Assembly (NCBI GenBank): GCA_963749495.1
Contig: CAVVMW010000018.1
Coordinates: forward strand, 224,001-288,000
Reading direction: 5' to 3'
DNA: 64,000 nt
Source of the DNA: an uncultured bacterium
GTDB taxonomy: Bacteria > Verrucomicrobiota > Verrucomicrobiia > Limisphaerales > UBA8199
Shown here: piece after piece, positions 63,673-64,000 of the stretch
Layout of the letters: every line of letters starts with the position of its first letter
Numbering within the stretch: position 1 is the stretch's first letter
The notes under the pieces: model-generated
Database searches by the model: none
What the model saw: the letters and a program-made list of their open reading frames with translations, nothing else
What the model was told of the DNA's origin: nothing
Position numbers and translations under genes: made by a program

Positions 63673-64000
63673 ATGTGGATCACTCTCACCACCGCCGACA
63701 TCCTCAGCGAGCTCACCCCCGCCGAGACCGCCGCTCTCCAAACCATCCAGGGCGCCACAGACCAACTGACGCCCATCCTCTCCAAGGCCGTCGCCCAGGC
63801 CCGCGGCGCCATCCGCGCCGGCGGCTATCCCCTGGGCGACGACGGGACCATCCCCGACCAACTCGCCTCGGACGTCACCGCCCTGGCCCGCTGGCGCTGG
63901 CTCACGAGCTTCCCCCAACTCCAGCGCATGCAGACCAAGGAGCGCAAAGACGCCCACGACGCCGCCCGCGAACTCCTCGAGGGCGTCGCCCGCCAAAAAT
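63673..64000 (+). CDS. Mu gp36-like head-tail connector (DUF1320), 3'-truncated by window edge
   Basis: My translation MWITLTTADILSEL...GGYPLG..TIPDQL...LARWRW...DAARELLEGVA; absent from ORF track as it has no stop in window. Confidence 0.7.
   Translation, partial: MWITLTTADILSELTPAETAALQTIQGATDQLTPILSKAVAQARGAIRAGGYPLGDDGTIPDQLASDVTALARWRWLTSFPQLQRMQTKERKDAHDAARELLEGVARQK

Larger units (their letters stand above)
53949..64000 (+). mobile_element. Reduced Mu-like prophage region (control + lysis-like + head module), runs off window
   Basis: Gene order holin-like, lipoproteins, gp25/gp26-like, DUF935 portal, protease-capsid, DUF1320. Confidence 0.8.

Overview
High-GC bacterial chromosome segment. 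Gene content (PVC-type heme protein, H-X9-DG pilin-like protein, 'RFYR' C-terminal secreted protein, REP families) points to Verrucomicrobiota; this is an inference. About ten genes carry single-base frameshifts, probably long-read consensus errors. Housekeeping and metabolic genes include holB, smpB, rpoZ, ispH, lptD, xylB, thiH/thiS, two Hsp20s, a sugar ABC transporter and two Gfo/Idh/MocA oxidoreductases. Four accessory features stand out. (1) A type I restriction-modification island (8.6-15.1 kb) contains two nested toxin-antitoxin-like pairs, one bounded by a duplicated hsdR 3' end, and lies between two truncated genes of a cytochrome c/porin-like operon. (2) Two 800-nt ORF-less group II introns (26431-27230, 27240-28039) have each inserted into consecutive 9-bp units of a host tandem-repeat hairpin. 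Their EBS1/EBS2 match the repeat and their 5' end is non-canonical. (3) A reduced Mu-like prophage head module (53.9 kb to the window end) shows no terminase, transposase or endolysin in view. Its 1081-aa protease-scaffold-capsid ORF embeds a His-rich segment and a Cys-rich domain resembling four-helix copper-storage proteins. (4) Many families of 7-15-bp tandem-repeat hairpins occur, some inserted in frame inside host and phage genes.
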